From an uncultured delta proteobacterium (GTDB lineage: Bacteria > Desulfobacterota > Desulfobacteria > Desulfobacterales > QNYZ01), in contig CAWJQU010000001.1 of NCBI GenBank assembly GCA_963845145.1, positions 160,001-224,000 on the forward strand: a stretch of DNA of 64,000 nt. The letters run 5' to 3'. The notes under the pieces are model-generated. The model saw nothing but the letters and a program-made list of their open reading frames with translations, ran no database searches and was not told where the DNA came from. The position numbers and the translations under genes were made by a program. Below, in pieces: positions 40,796 through 50,512 of the stretch (position 1 is its first letter; every line of letters begins with the position of its first letter).

Positions 40796-42990
40796 CCTGG
40801 ATACTAACGCCCCAAAATATACATCAGACGGAAAAAGAGATGGTCGGCGGGAAAGGTTTTGCTCTGGCATCGCTTGTTAGAGGGGGGTTTGCAATTCCAA
40901 CCGCATTTTGTGTAACCAGCCAGGCCTATCGAGATTATGTTGCTCGAACGGGATTGCGTGAACGAATTTTGTTGGAGCTAAATCGAAAAGATTTCAAAGA
41001 GATGCGTTGGGAAGAAATTTGGGATTGTGCCACTCGAATTCGAAATCTGTTTTTACGAAAGCCAATGCCAAGCGACATGTCCGCTGAAATAAAAACAGCA
41101 ATTTTAAGCATTTTTAAGGACAAAGCGGTCGTGGTACGGTCGTCGGCACCGGAAGAGGATACCGCAGCAGCCTCTTTCGCCGGGTTGCATGAATCTTTTG
41201 TCAATGTTCGTGGTGAAAACGCCATTTTAGAACATATACGAAAAGTTTGGGCTTCGCTTTGGTCTGATGCCGCGCTGCTATATCGTCAAGAGATAGGGCT
41301 GGATGTTACAAAGAGCAATATGGCGGTGGTTGTGCAGGAAATTGTTATTGGTGATCGGTCCGGGGTCGCTTTTTCTAAAAATCCCAATAATACTTCCCAA
41401 GCGGTCATCGAATCCGTCTACGGTTTAAATCAGGGGCTTGTCGACGGTACAATCGAACCGGACCGCTGGATCATCGATCGGCAACAGCAAACCCTCATAT
41501 CGCACACACCGGCAAGGCGTAAACAGTGGATGACACCTTCTGAATCCGGTGTAACCCTCACGGACCTGCCGAAGAAGTATCAAAACCACCCACCGTTGAA
41601 CACTGGGGAGACCCGTCTCGTTTTTTCATTGGCCATGGATGCTGAAAACCATTTCAAGACGCCCCAGGATGTTGAATGGACATACCGAAGAGACGATTTA
41701 TTCGTCCTTCAATCACGGCCCATTACCACCTTGCCTTCAAAAGATGGCGAAGATAACCGCGGGTGGTACCTCAGCCTGCATCGCAGTTTCGAAAATCTTA
41801 AATTACTTCGGAAAAAAATTGAGCATGAATTGATCCCGGGCATGATCGCGGCGGCGGATCAAATGGCTCAAACCGACCTTTCCCAGTTAACTGATCGTAA
41901 ACTGGCCAAGGAGATCCAGCACCGTTGGGAGATCAATCAACAGTGGTCAGCCATCTATTGGGAAGACTTTATCCCGTTTGCCCACGGAATTCGTCTTTTT
42001 GGTCAGTTCTATAATGATACCTTACACCCGAATGATCCCTATGAATTTGTAAACTTATTAACCCGAACGGAAATGGCGAGTTTGGAGAGAAACCAATTGA
42101 TGTCGGACCTTGCGGGTATGGTGCGCGATAATCAATCGTTGGCTGCAAGTCTGAAAAAAGGCACGTATGACGGTCTGGATACGTCGTTTCAAAAAGCAGT
42201 GGCGCAGTTCTTCGATCAATATGGCGACCTTTTCTACTCGGTAGACAGCGGCACCCAATACGATCAAACACCGGGTTCGTTTTATCAAATATTGCTTGAG
42301 ATGGCCGAAAATTTACCGGCCAAGACGAACCCGCAGCATTCAAATAATCGATCAAAGTTACTTGATCAGTTCATAAGCTGCTTTGAGGGCGAGCGCCGCA
42401 AACAAGCCGAAGAAATGTTAGACCTGGCCCGAAGCAGCTATCAGATCAGGGATGACGATAACATCTATTTGGGAAGAATCGAAGCACAATGGCTGGCAAG
42501 TCTTCGTGAGGCCAAGCACCGCATCAAAGGACAACCCCATCACAAAAGGAAGAAAAAAATTGCAGTAGAACTCATAGAAGTGGTTGATAATTTGGACCAC
42601 TCAACGCGAGATCCGATACCGCTTCCAGCAAAATCAGGCGAAGCCTTTAAGGTTCAGGCCAGACAATTGATCGGTCAACCGGCCGGTCCGGGGCTCGCCA
42701 AAGGACCGGCGCGGGTCATACAACAAACAGCCGATCTATCATCATTCAAACATGGCGAAATATTGATCTGCGATGCTGTAGACCCGAATATGACATTTGT
42801 CGTGCCGTTAGCGGCAGGAATCATAGAGCGCCGTGGCGGCATGCTTATTCATGGGGCCATCATCGCCAGAGAATACGGCCTGCCTTGTGTAACCGGCGTA
42901 CCCGATGTGACCGCCCAAATTAAAAACGGCGATGAAGTGACCGTAGACGGATATCTGGGGATTATTACCATCGGGTCATCAAAAATTTAA
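40792..42990 (+). CDS. PEP-synthase / rifampicin phosphotransferase-like dikinase (ATP-grasp, substrate domain, C-terminal His swivel)
   Basis: VGGKG, VRSSAPEED...SFAG, PQDVEW, LQSRPIT; C-terminal GGMLIHGAIIAREYGLP. Confidence 0.88.
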   Translation: MTWILTPQNIHQTEKEMVGGKGFALASLVRGGFAIPTAFCVTSQAYRDYVARTGLRERILLELNRKDFKEMRWEEIWDCATRIRNLFLRKPMPSDMSAEIKTAILSIFKDKAVVVRSSAPEEDTAAASFAGLHESFVNVRGENAILEHIRKVWASLWSDAALLYRQEIGLDVTKSNMAVVVQEIVIGDRSGVAFSKNPNNTSQAVIESVYGLNQGLVDGTIEPDRWIIDRQQQTLISHTPARRKQWMTPSESGVTLTDLPKKYQNHPPLNTGETRLVFSLAMDAENHFKTPQDVEWTYRRDDLFVLQSRPITTLPSKDGEDNRGWYLSLHRSFENLKLLRKKIEHELIPGMIAAADQMAQTDLSQLTDRKLAKEIQHRWEINQQWSAIYWEDFIPFAHGIRLFGQFYNDTLHPNDPYEFVNLLTRTEMASLERNQLMSDLAGMVRDNQSLAASLKKGTYDGLDTSFQKAVAQFFDQYGDLFYSVDSGTQYDQTPGSFYQILLEMAENLPAKTNPQHSNNRSKLLDQFISCFEGERRKQAEEMLDLARSSYQIRDDDNIYLGRIEAQWLASLREAKHRIKGQPHHKRKKKIAVELIEVVDNLDHSTRDPIPLPAKSGEAFKVQARQLIGQPAGPGLAKGPARVIQQTADLSSFKHGEILICDAVDPNMTFVVPLAAGIIERRGGMLIHGAIIAREYGLPCVTGVPDVTAQIKNGDEVTVDGYLGIITIGSSKI

Positions 42991-42995
42991 AGGGA

Positions 42996-43955
42996 ATGAT
43001 TATCATGGAAGCACTTGTGCGATTGGGGATCAGCAGTTGTCTATTGGGAAACGCGGTTCGCTGGAACAGCGGTCACAAGCTGGATCGTTATTTAACCCAG
43101 ACATTGGGGCAGTTTGTAGAATATGTGCCGGTTTGCCCGGAAGTGGAAGCCGGTTTCGGTGTCCCCAGGGAATCGCTTCGACTGGTCGGCGATCCCGAAA
43201 AACCACGCCTGATCACATTCAAATCAAAAACGGATCTCACCGGCCGGATGGTGACCTGGGCCAACAAACGGGTCGAAGAACTGGCCAAAGAAGATCTGTG
43301 CGGGTTTATTTTCAAAAGTGATTCGCCCAGCAGTGGCATGGTTCGGGTAAAAGTGTACAATGAAAAAGGCATGCCCCACAAAGTCGGTGTCGGTATGTTT
43401 GCACGTGTCTTTATGAATCGTTTTCCGCTCATACCAGTTGAAGATGACGGACGTCTCAACAATCCCGCCATTCGTGAAAATTTTATTATCCAAGTCTTTA
43501 CCATGATGCGATGGCGTGCGATGGTTGCTAAAAAAAGGAGCGTGGGAAATCTGGTTGATTTTCATACCCGTAATAAACTTCTTTTTCTTTCGCAAAGCCA
43601 AAAAAATTATCGACAAATGGGTAAGTTAGTGGCTGATGGGAAGAAGATGCCGCTCAAGATATTATACGACCAGTACCAGATTTTGTTGATGGAAACCTTG
43701 CGATTGAAAGCCACCGTTAAAAAACATATCAATGTGCTGCAACATTTGATGGGCTACTTTAAAAAGCAGTTAACCCCAGACGAAAAGCAGGAGTTGCTGG
43801 AAGTATTCGACAATTATCGCCATCAACGCATCCCCCTGATTGTGCCCATCACCCTGGTTAACCACTATGTGCGCAAATACGAGCAAGCCTACCTTGCCCG
43901 GCAAACCTATCTCAATCCCCACCCCATTGAGCTCAAACTGCGTACACATGTATAA
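42996..43955 (+). CDS. DUF523 (TudS) - DUF1722 (YbgA) fusion, RudS-like thiouridine desulfidase family
   Basis: GISSCLLG, PVCPEVEAGFGVPRE, SPSSG; FHTRNK, NVLQHLMGYFK, QTYLNPHP. Confidence 0.88.
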   Translation: MIIMEALVRLGISSCLLGNAVRWNSGHKLDRYLTQTLGQFVEYVPVCPEVEAGFGVPRESLRLVGDPEKPRLITFKSKTDLTGRMVTWANKRVEELAKEDLCGFIFKSDSPSSGMVRVKVYNEKGMPHKVGVGMFARVFMNRFPLIPVEDDGRLNNPAIRENFIIQVFTMMRWRAMVAKKRSVGNLVDFHTRNKLLFLSQSQKNYRQMGKLVADGKKMPLKILYDQYQILLMETLRLKATVKKHINVLQHLMGYFKKQLTPDEKQELLEVFDNYRHQRIPLIVPITLVNHYVRKYEQAYLARQTYLNPHPIELKLRTHV

Positions 43956-43972
43956 TTCGATCATTTGCGCTA

Positions 43973-44140
43973 AGGGTTCGTGTAAAAATAAGTTCACAAT
44001 TTTAGGTGTTGAGGCGCCCGCCTGGCAAGGCGTGAAAGTGCAGGAATATCGAGATATTCCGAGCTTTCACAACGCCGCCAGACGGGATGCATCGAGATGC
44101 ATCGGCGCTTAAAATGTGAAATTATTTTTGCGCGAGCCCT
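43973..44140. mobile_element. MITE-like 168-bp palindromic element
   Basis: Imperfect ~35-bp terminal inverted repeats (AGGGTTCGTGTAAAAATAAGTTCACA / TGTGAAATTATTTTTGCGCGAGCCCT) and central palindrome GGAATATC-GA-GATATTCC. No convincing coding capacity. Confidence 0.7.
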
Positions 44141-44339
44141 GAGTCATGGTCACGTTTTTAACAATCAATGTGTATTCCGTCCGAAAAAGCCATCTTCACT
44201 TGCACAAAAAGAGTCCCCTATTGTCGACTGATAGTAAATAGCCCTCATTTTGCCCTAAATCATTACTGATTGACCGCTCGTCATTCATGCCTAACTTATG
44301 GTTCAACAAAGAATAAACCCAACAATAAGGAGACGAAAA

Positions 44340-44477
44340 ATGACTGACACAAATAATTATATTGAATCCGACAAAGAGAAAGAAGAAGGTCACGTGGACA
44401 CCCGTGAGCGTAACTTTGAATGCGAAAACAAAGACCCGCATCTGGGATGTGATATGGGCATTGACGTGGCTGGGTGA
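44340..44477 (+). CDS. Small acidic protein (45 aa) with C-x8-C
   Basis: AAGGAG RBS; MTDTNNYIESDKEKEEGHVDTRERNFECENKDPHLGCDMGIDVAG. Putative TTGACC-N16-TAACTT promoter and a downstream terminator. Confidence 0.7.
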   Translation: MTDTNNYIESDKEKEEGHVDTRERNFECENKDPHLGCDMGIDVAG

Positions 44478-44540
44478 TCAATCCACGAGGGCACACCAGG
44501 GCCAGCGCCAGGGACGGTTTATTGATAGTAGCACGAAGAC

Positions 44541-44573
44541 AGGGCAGGCTCTTAAATAGGGCCTGCCCTTTTT
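44541..44573 (+). terminator. Rho-independent terminator
   Basis: AGGGCAGGCTCT-TAAAT-AGGGCCTGCCCT-TTTT. Confidence 0.85.
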
Positions 44574-44704
44574 ATACGGCCTCTTTTCAATAGAGCTTTA
44601 TTCATAACCGTTGGGCATACAGCGTATCCCTTACCCATTGCATGACAAGCCATGCCATGTAATAAGGACAATGGATGACATGCGCTTTAAAAGGTACTTT
44701 CTCA

Positions 44705-46255
44705 ATGAAATCCAAACCCATACTCGTTACCGGGGCGACCGGTTATGTGGGCGGAAGACTCATTCCCGCGCTGCTAAAAGCCGGATATCATGTACGCGCG
44801 CTGGCTCGAAATCTTGAAAAGGCCAGCTGCCGGCCATGGGCTCATCATGAGCGCGTTGAATTGGTCGCCGGGGATGTGCTTGATCTTCAAGCCTTAACCC
44901 AAGCCGCCAAGAATTGCCAAGCCACCTATTATCTTGTCCATTCCATGATCGCCCAAAAAGAAAATTATGTTGAGGCGGATCGTCAGGGAGCGATAAACAT
45001 GGCTTCGGCGGCCGCAAGCGCCGGTGTGGGACGGATCATTTATCTTGGGGGGTTGGCTGAAACTAAAGGTGGGGCGCTGAGCAAGCATTTAAAATCCCGC
45101 ATCGAAGTCGCGGACATTCTCCAGGCCGGACAGGTTCCCACCACGGTGTTGCGGACACCCGTGATTCTGGGATCCGGAAGTGCTTCATTTGAAATGATGC
45201 GCTATCTGGTGGAACGGTTGCCCATCATGACCACACCCCGCTGGGTCCATTCCATGAACCAGCCCATCGCCATCCGTAACGTCATCACCTATCTCGTCGG
45301 GTGTCTCAAATTCGAGGAGACCACAGGGCAGACCTACGACATCGGCGGTCCGGATATTCTAAGCTATAGGGACCTGCTCGATATTTACGCTGAAGAGGCC
45401 GGTTTGCCCAAACGACTGATTATACCGCTACCGGTGCTGACGCCAACTTTAAGCGCCCTATGGATTCACTTGATCAGTCCGGTACCTAAATCTATTGCCC
45501 TGCCACTAACCCAAGGGCTGACCAGCCATGCGGTTTGCACTGAAAACCGGATTCAAGCCATCATCCCGCAACAGTTGCTGACCAGCCGAGAAACGATTCG
45601 CCTGGCTTTAAATCGCCTCCGGCAGGAACAGGTGGATACCTGCTGGATGGATGCCGGTGAACTGTTGGTGCCGGAATGGGCCCATTGCGGAGATGCCCAA
45701 TGGGCCGGCGGTACGATTATGAATTGTGGCTATCGAATCCGCTTGCGTGCCTCCTCAGAGGAAATCTGGCGGCCCATTAGTCGTATCGGTGGAAAAACAG
45801 GCTGGTATTTTGGCAATTCCCTTTGGCGGCTGCGGGGGCTTATCGATCGCCTTGCGGGCGGGGTGGGCTTGAGAAGGGGACGCCGGCATTCAACGGATAT
45901 CGGTGTCGGCGATGCATTGGATTTTTGGCGGGTTTTGGATGTGGATGCGCCTCATAGATTGTTGCTGGTTGCAGAAATGAAAACCCCGGGAGAGGCGTTG
46001 CTTGAATTTAAGATCACCCCTCAAGCGGACGGCATGGCGGAACTTAGCATGCTTTCCCGCTTTTTGCCCAAAGGGCTGTTCGGTATTATTTACTGGTATG
46101 TGCTCTACCCTTTCCACCAATTGATATTTCACGGCATGCTGCAATCCATTGCGAAATATATCGATTCAACCGCATCGATGCCCGAACGTTTTACCCCCAA
46201 ACTCCCCACCACATGTATATTACCGAAAAAAACCGATCATAATATTAGCCGGTGA
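44705..46255 (+). CDS. NAD(P)-binding atypical SDR plus DUF2867 (YbjT-like)
   Basis: LVTGATGYVGGRL, YYLVHSM, IGGKTGWY, GDALDFWRV, AEMKTPGEA. Confidence 0.88.
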   Translation: MKSKPILVTGATGYVGGRLIPALLKAGYHVRALARNLEKASCRPWAHHERVELVAGDVLDLQALTQAAKNCQATYYLVHSMIAQKENYVEADRQGAINMASAAASAGVGRIIYLGGLAETKGGALSKHLKSRIEVADILQAGQVPTTVLRTPVILGSGSASFEMMRYLVERLPIMTTPRWVHSMNQPIAIRNVITYLVGCLKFEETTGQTYDIGGPDILSYRDLLDIYAEEAGLPKRLIIPLPVLTPTLSALWIHLISPVPKSIALPLTQGLTSHAVCTENRIQAIIPQQLLTSRETIRLALNRLRQEQVDTCWMDAGELLVPEWAHCGDAQWAGGTIMNCGYRIRLRASSEEIWRPISRIGGKTGWYFGNSLWRLRGLIDRLAGGVGLRRGRRHSTDIGVGDALDFWRVLDVDAPHRLLLVAEMKTPGEALLEFKITPQADGMAELSMLSRFLPKGLFGIIYWYVLYPFHQLIFHGMLQSIAKYIDSTASMPERFTPKLPTTCILPKKTDHNISR

Positions 46256-46519
46256 TATTTGCCCCTATATGAACGCTTGGCCTCGTCAAAGCCCTATCCG
46301 CGGCAGGGCAATGGTTTGTAGGGGCAATCGCAAATAATAACCATGCTTGATGGATTTTTACTTGCGATTGCCCGAGTATCCCCAGGATCCAGACTTGTCT
46401 AACCCTTAACAATACGGTACACAAACCATCAGCATAACAGATAGGAAAAACGCCCTGTTTTCCAGTGTGAACGGCATCGGCAATTAATAAAGATCATATC
46501 GGGAGGTCGAAGTATCGCC

Positions 46520-48019
46520 ATGAAGAAAGTCTATTCGCTTTTGTGTGTAAGTCTGTTTTTTTTGATCGCCGTTACCGTATCAGCAGAGGAGATGCCCTTA
46601 AGTGAGGCAACCTCGGCATGTATCGAGTGTCATGCAATGGTTCACCCCGGCATTGTTGAAGATTGGCAAAAAAGCCGGCACGCAAAAATCACACCCAAAA
46701 CGGCTATGGGCGTAGAGGGCCTGGCCCGCAAGGTATCCAGTAAAGATATCGCCGATAATCTAAAAGAGACCGTCGTCGGCTGTGCCGAATGCCACACCCA
46801 GAGACCCGGAGCCCATGCTGATACTTTTGAACACAATGGATATGATATTCATATCGCTGTCAGCCCCAAGGACTGCGCCACTTGTCACACCGAGGAGACA
46901 TCCCAATACGGCAAAAACATCATGGCCCACGCTTATGACAATCTGGCCGAAAACGAATTATATCAAAAACTTCAGCTCAGTATCATCGGTACCAAAAAAA
47001 GGGTTGAAGGCCAAATCACTTATACACCGGCCAACGATTCCACCAAGGCTGAAGCCTGCTATTATTGTCACGGCACCCGGCTCAAAGTGGTCGGAAAAGA
47101 GACCCGTGACACAGAACTGGCAGGAGAGCTGGAATTTCCCATCATCGAAGGTTGGCCCAACCAAGGCGTCGGTCGCATCAATCTGGATGGTAGCCTGGGC
47201 TCATGTTCATCCTGTCATGCCCGCCATACATTCTCAATTGAAATGGCACGCAAACCCCAGGCATGTAAAGAGTGCCACGTCGGTCCCGACGTGCCGGCAT
47301 TCAAAGTATATGCGGCCAGCAAACACGGCAATATCTATTCAACGATGAATAAATCCTGGGATTTTAATGCGGTTCCCTGGACCATCGGCAAAGACTTTAC
47401 TGCGCCCACGTGTGCGACATGCCACATGAGCCTTTTAGCGAATGGTGATGGCGAGGCAGTCTCCCCAAGGTCCCATCAGATGAGCGATCGGCTACCCTGG
47501 CGGCTGTTCGGCCTGGTCTATGCCCACCCTCACCCCCAAGCCCCTGATACAACCATCATTCGAAACAAGGAGGGCCAACCGCTGCCCACCAGCCTGGACG
47601 GAAAAGTTGCCGATGATTATTTAATCGATGAGAAAGAGCGCAATACCCGCCGTCAGGCCATGCAGGCCGCCTGCTTAAGCTGCCATGGCACATCCTGGGT
47701 AAATGGGCATTGGAAACGCCTGGAGAATACCATTGAACGAACCAATGCCGACGTACTCATTGCGACAAATATCATTGAAGAGGTCTGGCAAGACGGCTTT
47801 GCCGACGGCAAGTCCAGTCCTTTTGATGAAGGTATCGAAAAAAAGTGGACGGATATCTGGCAGTTTTACGCCAACACCATTCGCTTTGCTTCGGCCATGG
47901 GGGGGGGGGGTGATTATGAAGTCTATGCCGATGGGAACTACCACCTTACCAAGTCCTTGCTGGAGATGAATGACTGGCTAAACCATCAGCGGATGTCATC
48001 TTCCAAGGATAAAAAATAA
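46520..48019 (+). CDS. Octaheme cytochrome c, hydroxylamine oxidoreductase-like
   Basis: Signal peptide; eight CxxCH (CIECH, CAECH, CATCH, CYYCH, CSSCH, CKECH, CATCH, CLSCH); WPNQGVGRINLDGSLGSC, SKHG, APTCATCH. Confidence 0.9.
   Translation: MKKVYSLLCVSLFFLIAVTVSAEEMPLSEATSACIECHAMVHPGIVEDWQKSRHAKITPKTAMGVEGLARKVSSKDIADNLKETVVGCAECHTQRPGAHADTFEHNGYDIHIAVSPKDCATCHTEETSQYGKNIMAHAYDNLAENELYQKLQLSIIGTKKRVEGQITYTPANDSTKAEACYYCHGTRLKVVGKETRDTELAGELEFPIIEGWPNQGVGRINLDGSLGSCSSCHARHTFSIEMARKPQACKECHVGPDVPAFKVYAASKHGNIYSTMNKSWDFNAVPWTIGKDFTAPTCATCHMSLLANGDGEAVSPRSHQMSDRLPWRLFGLVYAHPHPQAPDTTIIRNKEGQPLPTSLDGKVADDYLIDEKERNTRRQAMQAACLSCHGTSWVNGHWKRLENTIERTNADVLIATNIIEEVWQDGFADGKSSPFDEGIEKKWTDIWQFYANTIRFASAMGGGGDYEVYADGNYHLTKSLLEMNDWLNHQRMSSSKDKK
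47902..48000 (+). repeat. 99-bp exact direct repeat, copy 1 (inside the HAO-like gene)
   Basis: Identical to 56782-56880. Confidence 0.95.
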
Positions 48020-48115
48020 TCCTTCTGCTTCTTCGATGCGATTGACGGTAGAACGGTTATTCAGGTGAAATGACACCTTACATCTCTTTTCAATACATAC
48101 CTTGCTACCTTAAAA

Positions 48116-49525
48116 ATGACGATTCAGGCAGCACGCATACAAACTTTAAATGATAAACGTATCCGCTCCGGGCGATACGTTCTCTATTGGATGCAGCAAT
48201 CCCAGAGGGCCTTCTACAATCATGCGCTGACATATGCCACCATCCAGGCAAATCAGCTAAACCAGGCTTTGTTAGTCGTTTTTGGCCTTTCTGATGACTA
48301 CCCTGAAGCCAACCTGCGTCATTATACATTCATGTTGGAGGGATTGCGCGAAACCCAGGCAACATTAGCTGAAAAAAGCATCAGAATGGTGGTACAACGA
48401 GGCGCACCGGCCGAAGTGGCCATCAAACTCGGCCGCAAAGCATCACTCATTGTGTGCGACCGGGGGTACCTTAAACATCAGAGAGCATGGCGTAAAACCG
48501 TTGCCAAGAATTCCGGGTGTCAGGTGATTCAAGTCGAAAGCGATGTGGTGGTACCCATCGAAGTCGTGTCAAATAAAGCCGAGTATGCCGCCCGTACCAT
48601 CCGCCCTAAAATCCATAAGCATTTAGAAGAATACCTTGTCGGTCTCAAGTCGGTGGAGGTCCAAACATCGTCGATGGGGATTCAAATCGCCAGTATCGAC
48701 CTCACAAATCCAAAAACCGTTTTAAAGTCAATGCCATTAGACCGACAGATAATGCCGGTAAGCCATGTGTTCAAAGGGGGTACCTCCCGGGCCCAAAGCC
48801 TGTTTGACGATTTTTTGCAAAGGCGGCTTTCCGTTTATCCGCAAAACGGCAATCAACCGCAAACCGATGATATCTCACACATGAGCCCCTACTTGCACTT
48901 CGGGCAGGTTTCATCACTGTACTTGGCGCTAATGGTTTCCAAGACATCCAAGAGACAGATAAAGGCCCAGGCCGCGTACATCGAGCAACTCATCGTGCGA
49001 CGTGAACTGGCCATGAACTTCGCCAATTACGCGCCTAATTATGATAGTTATCAGGGGCTGCCCAATTGGGCGGCAAAAACCCTAGACGATCATAAAAAAG
49101 ACAAACGTCAATGGCTCTATTCACGGCGACAGCTGGAAAATGCAAATACCCATGACGATTACTGGAACGCGTCGATGCGGGAAATGAAAGCCACCGGATT
49201 TATGCATAACTACATGCGCATGTACTGGGGCAAAAAAATTCTGGAGTGGTCTACAACACCTCAGCAGGCCTTTAAGACCATCCTTTCCATTAATAACAAA
49301 TATTTTCTCGATGGCCGGGATGCCAACTCATACGCCGGCGTCGCCTGGATCTTCGGTGTTCACGACCGCGCTTGGGCCGAACGGGACATATTTGGAAAAG
49401 TGCGGTATATGGCCGCATCCGGGTTGGAAAGAAAATGTGATATTCAGGCATATATCCAGAAGGTTAACCATTTGACATCTCAATTCGAAACCATAATGGA
49501 CAGACACAAAACGAAAAAAACCTGA
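48116..49525 (+). CDS. phrB: Class II CPD DNA photolyase
   Basis: VLYWMQQSQR, EYAARTIRPKI, SPYLHFGQ, MHNYMRMYWGKKILEW, LDGRDANS. Confidence 0.93.
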   Translation: MTIQAARIQTLNDKRIRSGRYVLYWMQQSQRAFYNHALTYATIQANQLNQALLVVFGLSDDYPEANLRHYTFMLEGLRETQATLAEKSIRMVVQRGAPAEVAIKLGRKASLIVCDRGYLKHQRAWRKTVAKNSGCQVIQVESDVVVPIEVVSNKAEYAARTIRPKIHKHLEEYLVGLKSVEVQTSSMGIQIASIDLTNPKTVLKSMPLDRQIMPVSHVFKGGTSRAQSLFDDFLQRRLSVYPQNGNQPQTDDISHMSPYLHFGQVSSLYLALMVSKTSKRQIKAQAAYIEQLIVRRELAMNFANYAPNYDSYQGLPNWAAKTLDDHKKDKRQWLYSRRQLENANTHDDYWNASMREMKATGFMHNYMRMYWGKKILEWSTTPQQAFKTILSINNKYFLDGRDANSYAGVAWIFGVHDRAWAERDIFGKVRYMAASGLERKCDIQAYIQKVNHLTSQFETIMDRHKTKKT

Positions 49526-49663
49526 TGTAACAAATGGACCGGAGTCATCCATGGCACCCAAACAGAAACAAGGGGAATATTGGCATGATTTGAAACTGAG
49601 TTTTTTGCGCTGGTTCGATGCCGACGTAGCCGCAGAGGAAATCGACACCCAGGGAGAAAAAAG

Positions 49664-49896
49664 GCTTTCAATGCCATCGAGTCCTACCGACTCGATAGCG
49701 ATGATACCGTAATAACCACCGTTTTAATAAAGGCAGCTTAGATGGCCCGCTCAAAACGTACACTTTCCGAGGATTTGTTCAGGATAAAACTTCCATGGCT
49801 GTTTGGGGCATGCAATTCATCTGGCCGTTTCGGGCTGAGTTCCAAATCATCTATTTAAACGAGGACTACTCTCAAACAGTCATAGGCCGCGCTAAA
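49664..49896 (+). pseudogene. Lipocalin (Blc-like) gene remnant
   Basis: AFNAIESYRLDSDDTVITT, frameshift near 49721, then FNKGSLDGPLKTYTFRGFVQDKTSMAVWGMQFIWPFRAEFQIIYLNEDYSQTVIGRAK. Both termini are missing. Confidence 0.75.
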
Positions 49897-49949
49897 GCGA
49901 CAGCTAAACTCGGTAAGAATCGTGTTTGGAATAAAAAGCCATTTTTTTA

Positions 49950-50354
49950 TCAAACCAACCATTTAGAGACGGCAAAGCTCAAAATAGAGACCAAGGCACA
50001 AAGACACACGCCCCAAAGGATATCAACCACAACAATCATAATGGGCCAATTTTTAATCGTAGCCAGATTGGTCAAATCATAGGTTGCATAGGTAAAAAAT
50101 CCAAATAAAGCCCCCCACAAAAAAGCCTCCCCCCAGGAATCAGCTTTAATTGCCGGACGCACTGCAAATAGAAGAATTCCGGCAATGTAAATTAAATAAA
50201 AAATGATAGCCGCCGTCCAATTGACCTGGGGGCTTAAAAGATGACCTAGTTTGTCGCGATACAATCTTTTGGCGATAACACCCAACCAGAGGATATCAAT
50301 GATAAAGAAGATGGGGATCGTTAAAGCATATAGTTTTAGATAGAAATAGGTCAT
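49950..50354 (-). CDS. DUF2177-family membrane protein
   Basis: IDILWLG, AAIIFY, YATYDLTNLAT, DILWG. Confidence 0.88.
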   Translation of the reverse strand: MTYFYLKLYALTIPIFFIIDILWLGVIAKRLYRDKLGHLLSPQVNWTAAIIFYLIYIAGILLFAVRPAIKADSWGEAFLWGALFGFFTYATYDLTNLATIKNWPIMIVVVDILWGVCLCALVSILSFAVSKWLV

Positions 50355-50512
50355 CAATCGCAAGGGGAGGTTTATCTTTTTTTATCACTATATCGGATCA
50401 TATGACTGGCTATCGCGCTGTTTTTCCATCATATTCTGTTACTCTAACTAGTGAATAAAATGATATCCCAACCCTTCCTTCCTGATCGTTTGATGTTTTT
50501 TATGAAGAATAT

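Noticed and set aside
44475..44530. Selenocysteine read-through of the small ORF TGA
   Set aside because: No convincing SECIS-like hairpin directly downstream and no redox-motif context at the TGA.
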